Shown here piece by piece: positions 61,031 to 64,000 of a stretch of DNA of 64,000 bases. The stretch is from Phoronis australis (Eukaryota > Animalia > Phoronida). The stretch lies in contig NMRA01000532.1 in assembly GCA_002633005.1 (NCBI GenBank), positions 176,032 to 240,031 of the forward strand, written 5' to 3'. Position 1 is the first letter of the stretch. Each line of letters starts with the position of its first letter. A program made the translations under genes and the position numbers. The notes beneath the pieces are model-generated. The model worked only from the letters and a program-made list of their open reading frames with translations, was not told the origin of the DNA and made no database searches.

Positions 61031-64000
61031 ATCGTTTTCCACGGGAAACTAGGTCGCAAGATCGTCGCATAGATATCCATGCGACCTGTATTTTTATGTC
61101 CAACAAATTAAAGAATACAATGGAAGTATCCCAAAGGCTATAACTATGCTTACGCCCGTCGCATGGATCTCGCAAATTCAACAATACCTTGCGAACTCCC
61201 CACGACGTCATTTGGCATAGGATAAAGGGTCAAATACTGTATATGAACCTTTCACTGTCACGGTGACAGTTATAAAACGTATTAATCCATAGACACACGT
61301 GTCTCGGTAAAGTACGATTGATCGCATCTTCAAGTTCATTCTTCCTATACTTGGAATCTTAGGTGCTTTCATTTCTAAGCTTAGAAGGCCTGATGCCATG
61401 CGGAAAGAAATCAGAAAAAACAGCACACCATTTTTTACCTGAGCGTTTTTACAAAACTGGTTGAATGTTTTATTTTTGAACGTTACCACCAATTAAGCTT
61501 TTTGAGTTCCATGCGATCTCATACCCGCCATCTAGCTCGTCTCGATATCATTGAAATGAATATTGTCTACCACACTTTAAACTACAAGAATAATTCTGAT
61601 TTTCCTGGCTACAACGGTAACGATTTGATTTGCAAAATGTTAAGAAAAACCAAGCCCACACAAACTGTTTTTACCCATTAGAAGTATGTTGATTTTTGTA
61701 AAATCCGTGTCTGTGAAATTAACAGATCAGCGCTGCACACCCCATCTAGTGTTCAAGGGACGAACCAACCAGTGGCGTCAACGAATTGCCACAAATGGGC
61801 TCGTGAACATCAACAGCATTCATGAAATGCAAAATGCAGCTGGCTCGCGACTTAGTCAAATTCGGTTTAAACACCGGGTGATGAAACATGTGGTATGATG
61901 TCAGCCGGCATGAGGTAATCAAAGGTAAGTAAACTTAGACCTAGGAGTATGATCACATGGAAACTTCGAAAGCGGTGTTGATAAATATAATGAAGTCGTT
62001 GGTTTATTGATAAACTTTTCTGCGGTTACACGTGATCCACTGGGAACTGTCACTGCGAGGTCTCGTTTGTTTAAAAGGATGCTAAATCCTGTTTTGATAA
62101 TTTCACAAAGTTGGTTCTGTTAACTGTTTACATAGGTGAATGATCCATCCCCGACCAATAACAGTCAGATGCAAATACGGTTCTACACTGTTTCACAATG
62201 CTACAGAAGGTAGCACTGTGAGTGTTGTTTAACATGGCTTCTCATTGGTTAAAGTAATAAAACCGACGTCATAACATTCAATCATTCTCATTGGTTGAAA
62301 TCTGGGAAACCCATTTTAGTTTACTGTTACGTCATATGGCGACCACGTTTCAACTTTAATAGTTGCACATTTATTAAAACGGGAAGTTCTCGAAGTAAAC
62401 AAAATCAAGGGAACCCCGATCCCGTGGCTAAGCCCAAACAAGTACAATGCATTGAAGGCGTGTGCAAGTGGTGGCGATGTGATTGATAATCATCCGACCA
62501 AGCATGTGCATTGATACCAACATACGGAATTTCCGTACCGTTCATCATGTTTCCACAGGGCCACTTTTCAGTATAGGTGGCGCTGTGTCAGGGGATAATA
62601 CGGCTCTTCCTCCAAGTATTCCATAAAGTGGATCACATACGTGGTTATTGGTCGACAGTCGTTCCCACAGTAGTGGCGCGACTCGATCAACACGTTACTA
62701 ACGCTTGCTTTTATACGAAACTGACCTTGTAAGCAGGTTTCAAACTTATTCAATCTTTTATCGGTTGAAGAGTTTTTCGTAGGATTCTGTCATTTGAAAT
62801 ATTTAGGTAGGTAAATTACAAATCATACAGTAGTTATTGTCTGCTAATATAAGCTAAAAGCCTGCTCGAGCATCTTTTACTTAGAGCGACCGATCTTCCG
62901 TCAGGAAAAAAACAACTTTTGATTTAGATCACTTACAGGTAGGGTTGCGAAACTGCCTTCAAAAACGTTCCTTAGCCAACTTTGGAGATGGTCTCAGGCC
63001 CTCGAACCAACTCATCGTTTGTTATTGGCTGAGACCTAACTTTGTAGGCTGACGAATTGTCACAGAGAGTCGTTTTATGCACCCAGCACGATCTCGAGGA
63101 AAGGAGATGTCAATTCTTTGCAAACGCGGTAATCACAGCTGCTCAAGGAACACGCCGAGTCAAAAGTCTAGTGGCAAGTGGTCCAAGACAAAAGTTTGCT
63201 TTGGCGAAACATTGGTTCATAACAATTTAAGGGTTGGTCAACCTCAGTAAATGTTTTCTTCAGTGATTCGCTGAAGACTTAGATGCACTTACCAGTCACG
63301 GTACCGGATGTTATGAAACCGATTTTATGAGACCAAAAATCCTAATTCTGTTTCCGAAATACACCCTTAAAATGACGCCAGATCAGACGTTGACCTATTG
63401 ACCTACTGACTTATAAATAGACATTAAAAATGTCTTTCCTATCCACTTCTCTGAAACAAAATAATGACATGCAACCCTCGGCAACCCTCAAAAGTTTGGC
63501 ACAAAGTTGAAAACTCCTTTCAAAGTATGCTAAAACGGACAAGCGTGACCTACGCGTTAGTTGAACTACACGAGAACTGTGTCGTAGAAAGGTACTATTC
63601 TTTGCCCATCGTTGACGCCACTTACATCGACTTACTCCAGTATCATCATAAATTTCACAATTTTACCTTCAATGACGGCCATCTTCGTACTATTGCGATC
63701 GCTATCCGGGCCTATGTTTCATCCCTCATACTGCACCAAGGAAACGTGTCTATGTATTGGCTATGTTTTTACCAGGACCCCAATCGCCAGCGCTGTTACG
63801 TTTGTTCATATGCTGTGTTAACTCCAGAACATAGTCACCCGTCTAAGTGGCTTATTTAAAGCTTTATTTTGCCAGGTTTGACCAACCAAAAACGAGATTT
63901 GATTCCATTATACCATAGACCAATTTGATCAGCCTTGTTCGGCCTAATTCCAATTTCGCTGACTTTACGCAGCTAAACGGGGTGAAATGCGGGGCAATTT

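Noticed and set aside
61700-63860. Possible exons of a further gene (GTAAGT donor near 61924; ORFs 62568-62753 and 63464-63859)
   Set aside because: No recognisable protein motif and no consistent exon chain

Overview
AT-rich, repeat-rich eukaryotic (animal, probably marine invertebrate) genomic DNA with spliceosomal GT-AG introns; I saw no prokaryotic systems, CRISPR arrays or intact RNA genes. Two complete + strand multi-exon genes can be reconstructed by hand with consistent splice phases. (1) A CLCA-family (calcium-activated chloride channel regulator) zinc metalloprotease gene of 15 coding exons, 10664-38589, about 1458 aa: signal peptide, HExxH protease domain, Cys-rich region, vWA with intact MIDAS, beta-sheet-rich region and FnIII, then an atypical ~490-aa Ser/Thr-rich mucin-like stalk, a TM helix and a short cytoplasmic tail. 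(2) A FAM81-family coiled-coil gene of about 376-385 aa, 49145-54921, probably with a micro first exon at 44613. The rest is decayed non-LTR retrotransposons (HERO-like, RTE-X-like, an RNase H fragment), several MITE families, a degenerate tandem tRNA-derived repeat and minisatellites. Three near-identical tandem duplications each abut a single N and are probably uncollapsed alleles. The most unusual signal is a tandem duplicate of CLCA exon 5 whose coding part differs at ~32% of bases, mostly non-synonymously, while the adjacent intron differs at only ~7%.
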